A DNA stretch of 63,085 bases, filler included, from Aduncisulcus paluster (GCA_024181965.1; 36 parts of 36 records of this genome joined end to end with filler, not necessarily neighbours in it); one strand, 5' to 3'. Positions 34,530 through 47,675 are shown, counted from the whole stretch's first letter. Notes: generated from the sequence alone by a model not told the origin. Numbers and translations are program-made.

Positions 34530-36515
34530 CGTGGCCATCTGGGCGCGCGACTCCACCTGAAACACCCCCACCGAATCGGCGCGAGCCAGCATCTCGTAGA
34601 CCGCCTGCTCCTTCAGGTCGATGTGGGCCAGGTCCACATCGATGCCCTTGTGCTCGCGGACCAGGTCGATGCAATAGTGCAGCGCCGAGAGCATGCCGAG
34701 CCCAAGAAGATCGAACTTCACCAAACCCACTGCCGCACAATCATCTTTATCCCATTGCAGCACGCTGCGGTTCTCCATGCGCGCCCATTCGACGGGCACC
34801 ACATCCGCCAGCGGCCGATCGCAGATGACCATGCCGCCGGAGTGGATGCCCATATGGCGGGGAAAATTCTTGATCTGCTGCGCCAGCTGGATCACCTGCG
34901 GCGGGATGCCATCGACCTCCGCCGCGTCGGCCATGCCGCCCCAATGCCCCAGCTGTTTACTCCAGGCATCCTGCTGCCCCTGCGCGAACCCGAGAGCTTT
35001 GGCCATGTCCCGCACAGCCATTCGTCCACGGTAGGTGATCACATTGGCCACCTGCGCCGCATACTCGCGACCGTATTTGTGGTAGACGTACTGGATGGCC
35101 TGTTCCCGCTCATCCGATTCGATATCGATGTCGATGTCCGGCGGCCCGTCACGGGCCGTCGACAGGAATCGTTCGAACAACAAACCATTGGCCACCGGGT
35201 CCACGTTGGTAACCCCAAGCGCATAGCAGACTGCCGAATTGGCGGCGGAACCACGACCCTGGCACAGAATGTCGCTGCGACGGCAGAACTGGGTGATGTC
35301 GTGCACCACCAAGAAATAGCCCGGAAAATTCAGCTGCGCAATGATTTCCAGCTCACGCTCGATTTGAGCATAGGCCTTCTCCGCGCCCGCCCGGGGACCG
35401 TATCGGCGCTGGGCACCTTCGAGAGCCAGATGCCGCAACCAGCTGTCCTCGGTGTGCCCGGCCGGGACATCGAACGGCGGCAGCTGTGGAGCGATGAGCC
35501 GTAGATCGAAGGCGCACGCCTCCCCTAGCTCGGCGGCCGCCGTCACCACCTCCGGACAGTGCGAAAACAGCCGTGCCATCTCATCCCCGGAACGTAGATG
35601 CGCCCCGCCCACCGGATCCAGCCAGCCCGCCGCGTCATCGAGGCNNNNNNNNNNNNNNNNNNNNNNNNNNNNNNNNNNNNNNNNNNNNNNNGCCGCCATC
35701 GCCATGGCCAGGCGCCCGCTCTGCGGTGTGGCGAAATGCGCTGCCGTGGTGGCGATGACACCTACCCCGAAGCCCGGGGCCAGCGCGGCGAGCTCCGCGT
35801 TGCGTTCATCCTCATCCGGGTGGCCGTGTCTGCTGAGCTCGACACTGACGCGATCGGCGCCGAATCGGGCGACCAGATCGGCCAGCGCCTTGCCTGCTGC
35901 AGCGGGGCCGCCACCGGAAAGTGCTCGTCGCACATGGCCCTTGCGGCACCCGGTCAGAATGTGCCAGTGCCCTCCGGCCGCCTCTGTGAGCGCATCAAGG
36001 TCATAGCACGGCTTACCCTTTCGGTCTTTGGGCGTTCCGCCCGACAAGTGCGCGGCCGCCATCTGCCGCGACAACCGCCGATACCCCTCCTGCCCGCGAG
36101 CCAGCACCAGTAGATGTACCGAATCCTCCGTATTGCCCTGTCCCCCGAGAGATAGTTCCGCACCGAACACGGTGGGCAGGCCGAGTTCCTTGGCGGCTTC
36201 CGCGAAACGGACGACCCCGTAGAAACCGTCGTGATCGGTGATGGCCAGCGCCTTGAGATCCAGGCGCGCGGCCTCTTGCGCCATCTCCTCCGGCAGACTG
36301 GCGCCATCGAGAAAGCTGAACGCCGAATGCGCGTGCAGCTCCGCGTAGGGCGCCGCCGACCGCCCGCGCTCCCGCGTGGGCGGCTCGTAGGGCGGCCGCT
36401 TGCGGCTCCACGCCGGACCATCCCCACCGTCACCCGGTGGGGCGTGGCGATTGAGGCGACCATCAAGCACCCGCTCCATTTCCGCCCAGGTCGGCGGACC
36501 CTGTGACCAGCCCAC
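34530..36515 (-). CDS. dnaE2: Error-prone DNA polymerase DnaE2, 5' part
   Basis: MGW..GPP.WAEMER start, YAELHAHSAFSFLDGAS, QGRGSAANS, PPDIDID. Confidence 0.95.
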
Positions 36516-36527
36516 TCCATCAGTATA

Positions 36528-36538
36528 TCGAACGTATG
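36528..36538. promoter_or_regulatory. Actinobacterial LexA (SOS) box, cut by contig end
   Basis: TCGAAC-GTAT-G..., consistent with TCGAAC-N4-GTTCGA, just upstream of dnaE2. Confidence 0.7.
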
Positions 36539-36638
36539 NNNNNNNNNNNNNNNNNNNNNNNNNNNNNNNNNNNNNNNNNNNNTTAATTAATTAANNNNNN
36601 NNNNNNNNNNNNNNNNNNNNNNNNNNNNNNNNNNNNNN

Positions 36639-38050
36639 CTTCAACACTTCTAAAATTTTTATCTAATGGTTTAACAACAACTTGATGTTGATGTAAAAAT
36701 TCATCTATAAACATTGCAATTTTAATATTTCCAGATTTTACTACGATTAACATACCTTTTTCTAGTTTTGTATGCTTAGGTACAATATCAAATAACTGAT
36801 GTAGCCGTACTACTGGAATAAACTCTTCTCGTAACATTAATAAATCTTGAGTTCCATCACCAATTTTTTTAATCATATCAGATGTAGGTTGTAATGATTC
36901 AACTATTGAACTTAATGGTAAAATATATTTAGTATCCCCCACTGCAATATCTAAACCATCAAGAATGGCTAGAGTTAATGGTAACATAATAGTAATAGTT
37001 GTTCCAACGCCTATTTCAGTATCTAGTTTAATAATTCCACCTAATTTTGTAATATTTGTTTTAACAACATCCATACCTACACCTCGTCCTGAGATATCTG
37101 TAATAGATTCAGCCGTACTAATTCCTGCTCCAAAAATCAACATTGCTTTTTCATTATCTGACATTGTATCAAATTGATTTTGATCAATGAGACCATTATC
37201 TAAAGCTTTTTGTGCAACTTTATCTGCAGGTATACCTTTCCCATCATCTTTAATTGTAATAATCATTTGACCATTAGCTTGCTCTGCTGCAATAGTAATA
37301 GTACCAGTTTCTGATTTATTGTATGAAAGTCTCTCTTCAGGCATTTCGATACCATGATCTAATGAATTTCTAATAATATGCATTAAAGGATCAGTTAACC
37401 CTTCAATCATTGCTTTATCAATTTCAACACTATCTCCATCATGCTTAAACTCAATCTTTTTCTTAAGTTTTTTTGAAATATCTCGTACAACTTNNNNNNN
37501 NNNNNNNNNNNNNNNNNNNNNNNNNNNNNNNNNNNNNNNNNNNNNNNNNNNNNNNNNNNNNNNNNNNNNNNNNNNNNNNNNNNNNNNNNNNNNNNNNNNN
37601 NNNNNNNNNNNNNNNNNNNNNNNNNNNNNNNNNNNNNNNNNNNNNNNNNNNNNNNNNNNNNNNNNNNNNNNNNNNNNNNNNNNNNNNNNNNNNNNNNNNN
37701 NNNNNNNNNNNNNNNNNNNNNNNNNNNNNNTTTTGGAGTATCTTCTTTAATTACAGGTGCTGGTGTAGTAATTGTTTCTTCAACTTTAATCTCAGATTCT
37801 GGACTTATATCATTACCTTCATCAAAAAAACCGAAATTTAAATCTGAATCATTTTCTTCTTTAGAAACTGCATTGTCTTCACCAAAAAATCCCCATGATT
37901 CATTTATTGATTGTGAAGTTTGTTTTGGTTCTTCTGCAATTTCAACATTATTTGATATGGTTTTTTCTTCAGTTGAAGCTACAACAGACTCCGAACTTTC
38001 CTCTGAACCTTCTCCATTAATATATGCTCGAATTGTTTTTAATAAATCAT
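36639..38050 (-). CDS. cheA: Chemotaxis histidine kinase, internal part (AT-rich)
   Basis: HIIRNSLDHGIE, SGRGVGMDVV, LPLTLAILDG. Confidence 0.93.
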
Positions 38051-38182
38051 NNNNNNNNNNNNNNNNNNNNNNNNNNNNNNNNNNNNNNNNNNNNTTAATT
38101 AATTAANNNNNNNNNNNNNNNNNNNNNNNNNNNNNNNNNNNNNNNNNNNNTCCATTCAACAATTTGGGATGGATATGGAACC

Positions 38183-39411
38183 ATGGTGACCATGGTTCAC
38201 GTCGATGAGGTTGGCACAGCGCGCCGTTGGGCGATGCTGGCCATTGCCCTGGGATCCACGGCCGGTGCGAACGTCTTCATCAACGGTGTGGCATTCCTCA
38301 TACCGGCCCTGCACACCGAGCGTGGGCTCAACCTCGCCAACGCGGGTCTGTTGTCCGCCATGCCCAGCTTTGGGATGGTGTTGACGCTCATCGCCTGGGG
38401 CGCACTCGTCGACCGGTTCGGTGAGCGGATCGCGCTGGTGAGCGGGCTCGCGCTGACGGCGCTGGCGGCATTCGCCGCGGCCGAGGCACCGTCGTTGGTG
38501 ATCACAGGCGTCTTCCTGCTGTTGGGCGGAGCGGCTGCCGCGGCATGCAATTCGGCCAGCGGCCGCGTGGTGGTCGGGTGGTTCCCCCCACATCAACGCG
38601 GAACCGTCATGGGCATCCGCCAAATGGCCCAGCCCCTGGGCGTCGCGTTGGGTGCGTTGGTCATTCCCCGCATCGCCGAAGGCCACGGTGTGGCGACGGC
38701 ACTGCTTTTTCCGGCGGTCGTGTGCGCGGTGTCCTCGGTTGTGTGCCTGGTCGGCATCATCGATCCACCGCGACCGCCCCGTTCGGAAGCACCCCAGGAG
38801 CACCTGGCCAATCCCTATCGCGGGTCCCGCATGTTGTGGCTGATCCACGCGGTGTCGGTGCTGCTGGTGGTCCCGCAGGTGGTCGTGTGGACCTTCACGC
38901 TGGTGTGGCTGGTGACCGACAGAGGTTGGAGCATCGGGGCGGCCAGCGTCATGGTGACCGTGGCACAGCTGGTCGGCGCCCTGGGCCGGGTCGCGGCCGG
39001 AATGTGGTCCGACCGTTGGGGTTCACGCATGAAGCCNNNNNNNNNNNNNNNNNNNNNNNNNNNNNNNNNNNACGCATGAAGCCGATCCGGACCATCGCCG
39101 CGGCAGCGTCGGCCACCATGGCCCTGCTGGCCATCACCAACCAGCTCGACTGGTCCATCAGCGTCGTCGTCATGCTGGCCGCGTCGGTGATTACCGTGTC
39201 GGACAACGGCCTTGCGTACACCTCCATCGCCGAGATCGCCGGACCCTTTTGGAGTGGACGCGCCCTGGGTGCGCAGAACACCGGTCAGCTGCTCACAGCA
39301 GCTGTCGCTCCCCCGGTCTTCGGAGCGCTGGCGTCGGTGGCGGGATTCTCGGCGGTATTCGCGGTGTGCGCGCTGTTCCCCTTGGCGGCAGTCGGCTTGG
39401 TGCCGGTGAAG
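38183..39411 (+). CDS. MFS transporter (mycobacterial)
   Basis: GALVDRFGER and GMWSDRWGSR motif A; about 12 TM segments. Confidence 0.88.
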
Positions 39412-39511
39412 NNNNNNNNNNNNNNNNNNNNNNNNNNNNNNNNNNNNNNNNNNNNTTAATTAATTAANNNNNNNNNNNNNNNNNNNNNNNNNNNNNNNNN
39501 NNNNNNNNNNN

Positions 39512-40328
39512 AGCTGATTTAGCAAACATTATTAATGAAGCTGCATTACTCGCTGGTCGAGCAGATCAAAAAGAGGTTACTTCAGCTAATTTCAAAGAAG
39601 CTGTTGAACGACAAATTGCTGGACTTGAAAAGAAAAGTAGAAGAATTTCTCCAAAAGAGAGAAGAATTGTTGCTTATCATGAAGCGGGTCATGCTTTAAT
39701 TGCAGAAGTTACAAAAGGTGCAAAAAAAGTAAATAAAGTTTCAATTGTTCCAAGAGGATTGGCTGCTCTTGGATATACTTTGAATACGCCTGAAGAAAAT
39801 AAATATTTAATGCAAAAACATGAATTGATAGCTGAAGTAGATACTCTTCTTGGTGGTCGTGCTGCTGAAGAGGTTTATATAGGTGAGATTAGTACAGGTG
39901 CTGGAAATGATTTAGAAAGAGCAACTGATATTATCAAATCGATGGCAACAATATATGGTATGAGCGATATTGATATTGCAGGTTTAATGGTATTACATAA
40001 ACAACAAAACCAATTTTTAGGTGGTGGTCAATCAACTAAAGATTATAGTGATGAGATGGCACACAATCTTGATAAACATATTAAACAAACTTTAAATGAT
40101 AGGTATATGGCTGTTCTTGAATTATTAAAAGAAAATAGAAACGCAATGGAGCAAATGACTGCGGAGTTATTGGATTTAGAAGTTATCTCTGGTAAAAGAG
40201 TTCAAGAGATTATTATTGAAAATGGTGGTACTGTTTACAATGGTGAAGATTTACATAATGAGGAAGATGAAAATATGATACAATCAGAATCTGATGAAAT
40301 AAAAGATGAGAAAGATAATGAAAAATAA
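39512..40328 (+). CDS. ftsH: ATP-dependent zinc metalloprotease FtsH, 3' part
   Basis: ADLANIINEAAL, AYHEAGHA, LGGRAAEE, GAGNDLERAT. Confidence 0.96.
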
Positions 40329-40546
40329 TTTAATATTAAAAGAGGGGTATAAAAGTATTGCAATTATATTTATTGTTGCAGTTTTTTTAAACTTGTTTGT
40401 ATCTGATTGTTTAGGTACTTTGGGAGTTTTATTGGGCTTATTTGTTGTTTATATTTATAGAGGAAGCAACAGACATATTTTCACTAATACCCAAAGTGTA
40501 TTAGCTCCTATAGATTCTACAATAACTGCAATTGATAAAGTAAATG
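40318..40546 (+). CDS. Phosphatidylserine decarboxylase-related protein, N-terminus
   Basis: KEGYK..TM..VLAPIDSTITAI; ftsH-psd adjacency typical of Campylobacterota. Confidence 0.6.
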
Positions 40547-40646
40547 NNNNNNNNNNNNNNNNNNNNNNNNNNNNNNNNNNNNNNNNNNNNTTAATTAATT
40601 AANNNNNNNNNNNNNNNNNNNNNNNNNNNNNNNNNNNNNNNNNNNN

Positions 40647-40928
40647 GTCCGACAGCACCGCGAAGCGCTGACCCTCGAGGATCAGGCCCATGGCGATACC
40701 GGCGGTCGGCCGCTTCAGCGGCACGCCGGCGTCCATCAGCGACAGCGAAGCGCCGCAGACCGAAGCCATCGAGGACGAGCCGTTCGACTCGGTGATCTCG
40801 GAGACCACGCGGATCGTGTACGGGAACTCGTGATGCGGCGGCAGCACCGGGTGGATCGCGCGCCAGGCGAGCTTGCCGTGGCCGATCTCGCGGCGCTTGG
40901 TGCCGCCGAGCCGACCGGTTTCACCGAC

Positions 40929-40961
<33 letters not shown>

Positions 40962-41824
40962 CGTTTCCTTGTACGTCCCCGACAGCGCGTCGATGTACTG
41001 CTCGTCCTCGCCGGTACCGAGCGTGGTCACCACCATCGCCTGGGTCTCACCGCGGGTGAACAGCGCCGAGCCGTGAGCGCGCGGCAGCACGCCGGCTTCG
41101 GCGATGATGTTGCGCACGGTCTTGACGTCGCGGCCGTCGATGCGCTTGCCGGTGTCGAGGATGTTCCAGCGAACGATCTTGGCTTCCAGTTCCTTGAACA
41201 CCGCGGCAACGCGGAGCTTGTCGTATTTCGGCTCCTGGCCTTCCGGGAAGAAGTGCGCGAGCACCTTCTCCTTGACGGCGCCGACCGCGGCATAGCGTTC
41301 CTGCTTGACCGGGATCGCGTAGGCCTTGCGCAGCTCCTGCTCGGCAAGGCCGAGCATTTCCTTCTCGATCTCCGAATTGTCGATCGTNNNNNNNNNNNNN
41401 NNNNNNNNNNNNNNNNNNNNNNNNNNNNNNNNNNNNNNNNNNNNNNNNNNNNNNNNNNNNNNNNNNNNNNNNNNNNNNNNNNNNNNNNNNNNNNNNNCTC
41501 GGCGAGCTCGATGATCGCGTTGATGACAGGCTGGAAGTGGCGGTGGCCGAACATGACCGCGCCGAGCATCACATCTTCGTTGAGCTCCTTGGCTTCCGAC
41601 TCGACCATCAGCACGGCGTCGGCAGTGCCGGCGACGACGAGGTCGAGCTGGGTCTCGGTCATCTCGTCCAGCGTCGGGTTGAGGATGAACTCGTCATTGG
41701 CGAAGCCGACGCGGGCGGCGCCGATCGGGCCCTTGAACGGGGCGCCCGACAGCGTCAGTGCGGCGGAGGCGGCGACCAGCGACACGATGTCCGGATCGTT
41801 CTCCATGTCGTGCGAGAGAACGGT
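40647..41824 (-). CDS. pnp: Polyribonucleotide nucleotidyltransferase, internal part
   Basis: [42 protein letters not shown]. Confidence 0.97.
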
Positions 41825-41924
41825 NNNNNNNNNNNNNNNNNNNNNNNNNNNNNNNNNNNNNNNNNNNNTTAATTAATTAANNNNNNNNNNNNNNNNNNNN
41901 NNNNNNNNNNNNNNNNNNNNNNNN

Positions 41925-43283
41925 CCTCTAGTTTCCCATGAGTTAAAGTACCTGTTTTATCAAAAACAAAAGTATCTGCTTCATTTAAAGCTTCAATAGA
42001 TTTTGCACCTTTTATCATGATACCATTTTTACCAGCTTGAGCAATCGAAGTTTTAAAAGCAACAGGAGTAGCTAGTTTTAAAGCACATGAATAATCAGCT
42101 TGTAAAACAGAAGCTACATTTTCAAAATCTCTACTTATCACATAAGACAATCCTGCTAAGCCTAAAGTAACAGGCACTAACTTATTTGCTAATTTTGTAG
42201 CTTTTAAGCCAACAGATGATTTTTCACTTAAACTTGTAGTGATATAGTTTTTTATTCGAGCAGTTGCAGTATCTTCACCTACATGTTCAGCCCATATTTT
42301 TATACGACCCTCTTCAACTACTGTACCTGAAATTACTCTATCTCCACGCTCTTTTTTAACAGCTTCACTCTCACCAGTCATAGAAACTTGGTTTACACTA
42401 GCTTCTCCACTAATGATATGACCATCAATAGCAATAGTATCTCCAGCCCCAACAACTACAACATCACCAATTTTTACAGATGATGTTTCTATTTTAACTA
42501 ACTCTTTTTTTCCATCATTATCTTGCTCTATCCAAATCTCTTTTACATTTGGTTTCGCTAACTCACGAATCAAATCATCACTTTTATGAACAGTTGTTTC
42601 TTCTATATATTCACCAAGCTCTAGCATAGCGTTTGTACTATTTGCAGCTAAATAATCTTTTCGTGCAATAGATACTCCAACAGCCATCGACTCTAAAACA
42701 CCAGAGGTTAACCCTTCCGAAAAAAGATCTTGCACTCCATGTTTAAGTAGGGGTAAACTAGCGATCGTAGTAAGTGCAAGTTTTTGTTTATCATCTTTTA
42801 TAAAAGGTTCAGTAGCCAATGCACCAAAAGCTCGTACCATACCAGCTTTTGATGGTTTTTCTTCAGATATACAAGAGATATTGTTACTTAAAAATGTATC
42901 ACAAACTTCGTATTTTGATTTATCTAAATCTTTCAAAAATCCCTCTAAAGATTCTAAAGAGATATTTTCAAATCCAAAAACGATAGATTTTGACTTTTCA
43001 TTGATACGGATAGAGGNNNNNNNNNNNNNNNNNNNNNNNNNNNNNNNNNNNNNNNNNNNNNNNNNNNNNNNNNNNNNNNNNNNNNNNNNNNNNNNNNNNN
43101 NNNNNNNNNNNNNNNNNNNNNNNNNNNNNNNNNNNNNNNNNNNNNNNNNCCTGCAATACTATTGAGGTCATTTTCTAAGTTTTTAATATTTATATCATAT
43201 TTTAATATATCACAAAAATATCTAGCACGATTTTTTGTTTTATGTAATAGTTTAAAATTGGTTTCGTGTTTTACACTCATCAT
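41925..43283 (-). CDS. P1B-6-type heavy-metal ATPase (FezB-like), 5' part
   Basis: TGES actuator, DYSCALKLATP transmembrane motif, FDKTGTLT phosphorylation site, N-terminal HKTKNRAR. Confidence 0.88.
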
Positions 43284-43288
43284 TTACT

Positions 43289-43534
43289 CTATTTTGCTTC
43301 TCGCTCAGCTTCAAGTTCTGCTTTTGCATCTTCAAGTCGCTCTTTCATCTCTTCTATTCCAGCACCAAACATATCAGCACCTTTTGCAAAAGTTTTAAAA
43401 ATTTTCTTTTGTGCATCTTCATTTGTTAAAAGATATGCTCCAACAGCACCTATTAATGCACCTTTTAAAAAGTTACCTGCATCAAAAGTTGTTGTTGGGT
43501 TTTGTACAGGTTGCGATACTTGTGTTGTTTGTGT
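43289..43534 (-). CDS. Small GxxxG membrane-anchored protein (FezA-like), 3' part; not in ORF track
   Basis: Manual translation ...NFLKGALIGAVGAYLLTNEDAQKKIF...GIEEMKERLEDAKAELEAEREAK*; ends 5 nt before the ATPase start. Confidence 0.7.
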   Translation of the reverse strand, partial: TQTTQVSQPVQNPTTTFDAGNFLKGALIGAVGAYLLTNEDAQKKIFKTFAKGADMFGAGIEEMKERLEDAKAELEAEREAK

Positions 43535-43782
43535 ANNNNNNNNNNNNNNNNNNNNNNNNNNNNNNNNNNNNNNNNNNNNTTAATTAATTAANNNNNNNNN
43601 NNNNNNNNNNNNNNNNNNNNNNNNNNNNNNNNNNNAGGATAAATAATAAGGATATAGTGGTAAGTAGATATCTAAGCATAAGAAACCTCACTAATTAACT
43701 ATAGCTTAAATATCAGGGAAATAAAATAGATTGTTGTGGTTTGCGGAGTCTAATAAAATAATGAAATTAATGCTGCAAAATA

Positions 43783-44118
43783 CTAGTGTTGGCAGGCAAT
43801 CTCATTGCCCGCGACTAAATCAGCAAGCACTTCTTCTCTACTTTTTGGTTCATCAATTCGTAGCAGATAGATACAATTCCAACAGCCATCCCACAAGCAG
43901 TCGGCTTGAGGTGGGGTGGCAAGTTCACTGCGGAAGTTATCCGCTGCTCCAATATATAGCATGTTTACCTTAAATCCGGCCCGGTGTCCGCGCGGGTGTG
44001 TATAGGCGAGTATGTAGATCCCACCGTATTCAGGAATAGGGCGGGTTTTAGCGAATATTCCGAAGTTACACTTTTGTCCTGACTTACCGAAGAAGGGCCA
44101 TTCTTTTTGCTTGAACAT
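43783..44118 (-). CDS. Stand-alone GIY-YIG-like small protein (111 aa)
   Basis: GGIYILA...MLYIGAADNF. Confidence 0.6.
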   Translation of the reverse strand: MFKQKEWPFFGKSGQKCNFGIFAKTRPIPEYGGIYILAYTHPRGHRAGFKVNMLYIGAADNFRSELATPPQADCLWDGCWNCIYLLRIDEPKSREEVLADLVAGNEIACQH

Positions 44119-44219
44119 TGTATACTCTAGTCTTTTTATAGACAGATAAAATTGAGTTATGTAAAGAATACTTTGTCTATGTTTTTGTAGACATAATTTT
44201 AGATGAGTAAGGAGAAACA

Positions 44220-44637
44220 ATGAAAAAAGCAATGAAGATTGTATTGGCAATGACAATGGTGCTGCTGATGAGCGGTGGGGCAATGGCGCAGGGCTTTAAT
44301 GCTCAAGGAAGTGCAGTTGTTCCTAATCTGGTATATTTCTTTCAAAGTGGTACATACTGGTCTGTCCCATACATAACTTTATCCAATATTACTGGAGAAA
44401 ATGTTACCTGTAATATTGCTGTATATGATGATAGTGGGAATGACATCACGCACCGTGCAACAGTTAATGCTGGCGGAACAACGAATTGGAGTGTGGTTTC
44501 CAAGGGAACTGGTGTTTTTGAAATTCCGCCTTATTCAACCCGTATGTTCCATTTATGGGATTCATCGTCTAAAATATGTACTGTAGGCTATGCAACGATT
44601 GAATGGAAATCAGATAATTTGAAGTTAAGAAAGGCTT
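44220..44637 (+). CDS. Secreted hypothetical protein, 3' truncated
   Basis: AGGAG RBS, signal peptide ending GAMA-Q, beta-rich sequence. Confidence 0.7.
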
Positions 44638-44737
44638 NNNNNNNNNNNNNNNNNNNNNNNNNNNNNNNNNNNNNNNNNNNNTTAATTAATTAANNNNNNN
44701 NNNNNNNNNNNNNNNNNNNNNNNNNNNNNNNNNNNNN

Positions 44738-45359
44738 GTTTGAAAATAATAGGCACATTTGGGAAAAATATATTCTAGCACCAAACAAAGCTTTTATCGA
44801 AGATATGGGCGATACTTTACAGATTTTAGTTCCAACAATCAAAGCACTTCCAAAAGTGTCTGGATCACTTTTTAAAATATATAGAGATACTAGATTCAGT
44901 AAAGACAAAACACCAATGAAAGATAAAATAGGTTTACTTTTTTGGCAAGGTTTAGGGCATCGTATGCAAAGTTCTAGCTTTTATATGCACTACACAAAAG
45001 AGAACTATTTTGTGGCTTCGGGTATTCGAGGGTTTAAACCACCTTTATTAAAAACATATAGAAACTATATAAAAGATGAAAAAAACAGAATCTCTTTAGA
45101 TGCTATTTTGGAAGAGTTAAAATTAAAAGGTTACGATATTACACAAGAGAAATACAAGCGTATTCCTAAAGACTTTCAAGGAGATGAGAGTTATTTATAT
45201 ATGACAAAATTTGATTCATTGTTTGCTTATAAAGAATATAAAATCGATGAGATATTTTACAGTGTAGAATTACTCGATAAACTATTCAAAATATATGATG
45301 ATATGAAAGATTTACAACAATGGGTTTATGAGATGACCCTTACACATAAAGAAAAATAA
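44738..45359 (+). CDS. DUF2461 (TIGR02453) family protein
   Basis: SLFKIYRDTRFSKDKTPMK. Confidence 0.85.
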
Positions 45360-45374
45360 ACAATAAAGAGAACT

Positions 45375-45919
45375 ATGAAAACAGAAGACTTACAAAAACT
45401 ATTAGAGAAAAATTCACTTAACCTTACACATGAATTCAAAAGACTTTTTCACGGTCGTGGTNNNNNNNNNNNNNNNNNNNNNNNNNNNNNNNNNNNNNNN
45501 NNNNNNNNNNNNNNNNNNNNNNNNNNNNNNNNNNNNNNNNNNNNNNNNNNNNNNNNNNNNNNNNNNNNNNNNNNNNNNNNNATTGTTTGGTGAGCAATGG
45601 AAATTTTTGACAATAGATTCTATTGATACCATTTTGAGTGTTGCTTTTTATTTTCCTATTGACGAAAATGAAGAGATAGAACTTTTAGAGATGTTAAAAG
45701 ATTATTTAAGCACTTCTAGACACAACACTTTGGTTTTACAAAAAAGATATATAGCACAATCTCCAACAGAAATTTTAGTAGGTAGGTTACCAAACGATCT
45801 TTTTGTAGTAGAAAACGGACTGAAAATAAAACTCAATTTACAGTCAAATCTAAATAGTGGATATTTTCCAGATATGAAAAAAGGTAGAGAATACATACAA
45901 TCAATTTCAAAAGATAAAA
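45375..45919 (+). CDS. Class I SAM-dependent methyltransferase (RlmI/RlmK-like), 5' part
   Basis: [18 protein letters not shown]...NSGYFPDMKKGR. Confidence 0.75.
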
Positions 45920-46019
45920 NNNNNNNNNNNNNNNNNNNNNNNNNNNNNNNNNNNNNNNNNNNNTTAATTAATTAANNNNNNNNNNNNNNNNNNNNNNNNN
46001 NNNNNNNNNNNNNNNNNNN

Positions 46020-47426
46020 CCGGATTTGATAGGCGGCACCTAATGTGTTGGCGTGCAACGCTTCGGCTGCTGACAGTTTCTGGTCGACGGGACTGAGCAC
46101 TTCGCCATCAGGAGTGCCGATCAGCTGGCGCGTAACCCCGATCTGGATCGAGTCGAGCGGCCGGTAGGTGGAGAAGTAGCCGGCGGCGGGCCAGTCGGTT
46201 CCCAGCGCCACATGTGCACCGGTCCGGAGAATGTCTTGGATTCGGTAGAAGTTGTCCTTGCGCGGAGCGCCGTAACTGGCCGCCAAATTGACCACGGTGT
46301 CCGGATCGGCGGAGAACCAATTCGCCGAGAATTGAGCTCCGACACCAAGTCTCTTGAACCGCGCGCTGTCCGGGTCGGCAACGTAGATCAGGTGCGCAAT
46401 CGAATGGCGGCGATCGCGCGCAGGGTCCTTGGCCATCGCCGCTTCAAAGGCATCCAGCGCCACTCGGACCGTGCGTTCCCCGCAGGCATGCACGTGCATG
46501 TCGATGCCCGCGGAGTCGATCTGGCCAACCAACTCGCCCCACTGCTGCTCGGTGAACGGAGACACCCCGATCGAATCTGGCTTATCTGCATAGGGATCGA
46601 GCAGCCACGCGGTGTGGCCACCTTGCGTGCCGTCGCCCATGATCTTGACCATGCCGACGCGGACAAGGTCGCTGGAGACCCGATCGCGGGTTTCAACGAA
46701 CTTCGCNNNNNNNNNNNNNNNNNNNNGGTGCCTCGACGACATACGACGCCACCACACGGAACGGCAACAGCCCCTTGCGTTCAATATCGGCATAAAGACC
46801 GATGAGCGCGGCCTGATCCCCCACCGGAGGGGCACCGGCATCGAAGACCGAGGTAATGCCGGCCGCAGCCGCCTTGGGCAGCCACTCTTCGAGCGCCCGC
46901 TGCATGCCCTCGGCGGTGACCGGCTCGACGGCATCCAGCAGGCTCAACATGGCGCTGATCTCCAGAATGAAACCGGATGGGTCGCCATTGCTGTCTTTTG
47001 CGTAATAGCTGAAACCCGGTACTGGATCGGGAGTATCGCGGCGCACACCCGCGATCTGCAGGGCCTTGCTATTGGCCCACATGCTGTGGGCGTCGACGGC
47101 GAAGAAGAACCCGGGGCGATCGGGCAGCACACTGTCCAGCTCCTGACGTGTGGGCCCCTCCGGTCCGAACATGTCGACGCGCCAACCAAATCCACGCACC
47201 GGCCCGTCCGGGTTTTCCTTGGCGTACTTGGCAATAGCGGCCAGCGCCTCTTCCTTGGTCGAAACCTGAAGATTCACACCGCTGCTCAGGAAGGCGCCGA
47301 AGAACGGGTGAATGTGTCCTTCGACGAATCCGGGCATCAGCAGCTTGCCGTTCAGGTCGATGATGCGGGTGCCTGGACCGGCCATCGCCATCGCGCCCGC
47401 CTCGTCACCGACGTGCGTGATGGTAT
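46020..47426 (-). CDS. Amidohydrolase family 3 (YtcJ-like), internal part
   Basis: IDLNGKLLMPGFVEGHIH, HVHACGE, LGTDWP. Confidence 0.88.
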
Positions 47427-47675
47427 NNNNNNNNNNNNNNNNNNNNNNNNNNNNNNNNNNNNNNNNNNNNTTAATTAATTAANNNNNNNNNNNNNNNNNN
47501 NNNNNNNNNNNNNNNNNNNNNNNNNNCAGCACGGCAGCGCGTAAATGCCGTCGGTGCGATTCGCTTTATCGGTCGCGGTGCGGCCGAGATAGCGGGTAGC
47601 GTCGGGACCAACAGGTCAGAGGACGTGTTGACACCACGATCCACCACCGTGTGACAGGAAGTAGGACTGGCCACC

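Noticed and set aside
23501-38050. Two cheA genes, or dnaE2 beside cheA, as one locus or as lateral transfer into the eukaryote
   Set aside because: They are on separate contigs with very different GC content; adjacency across linkers has no meaning.
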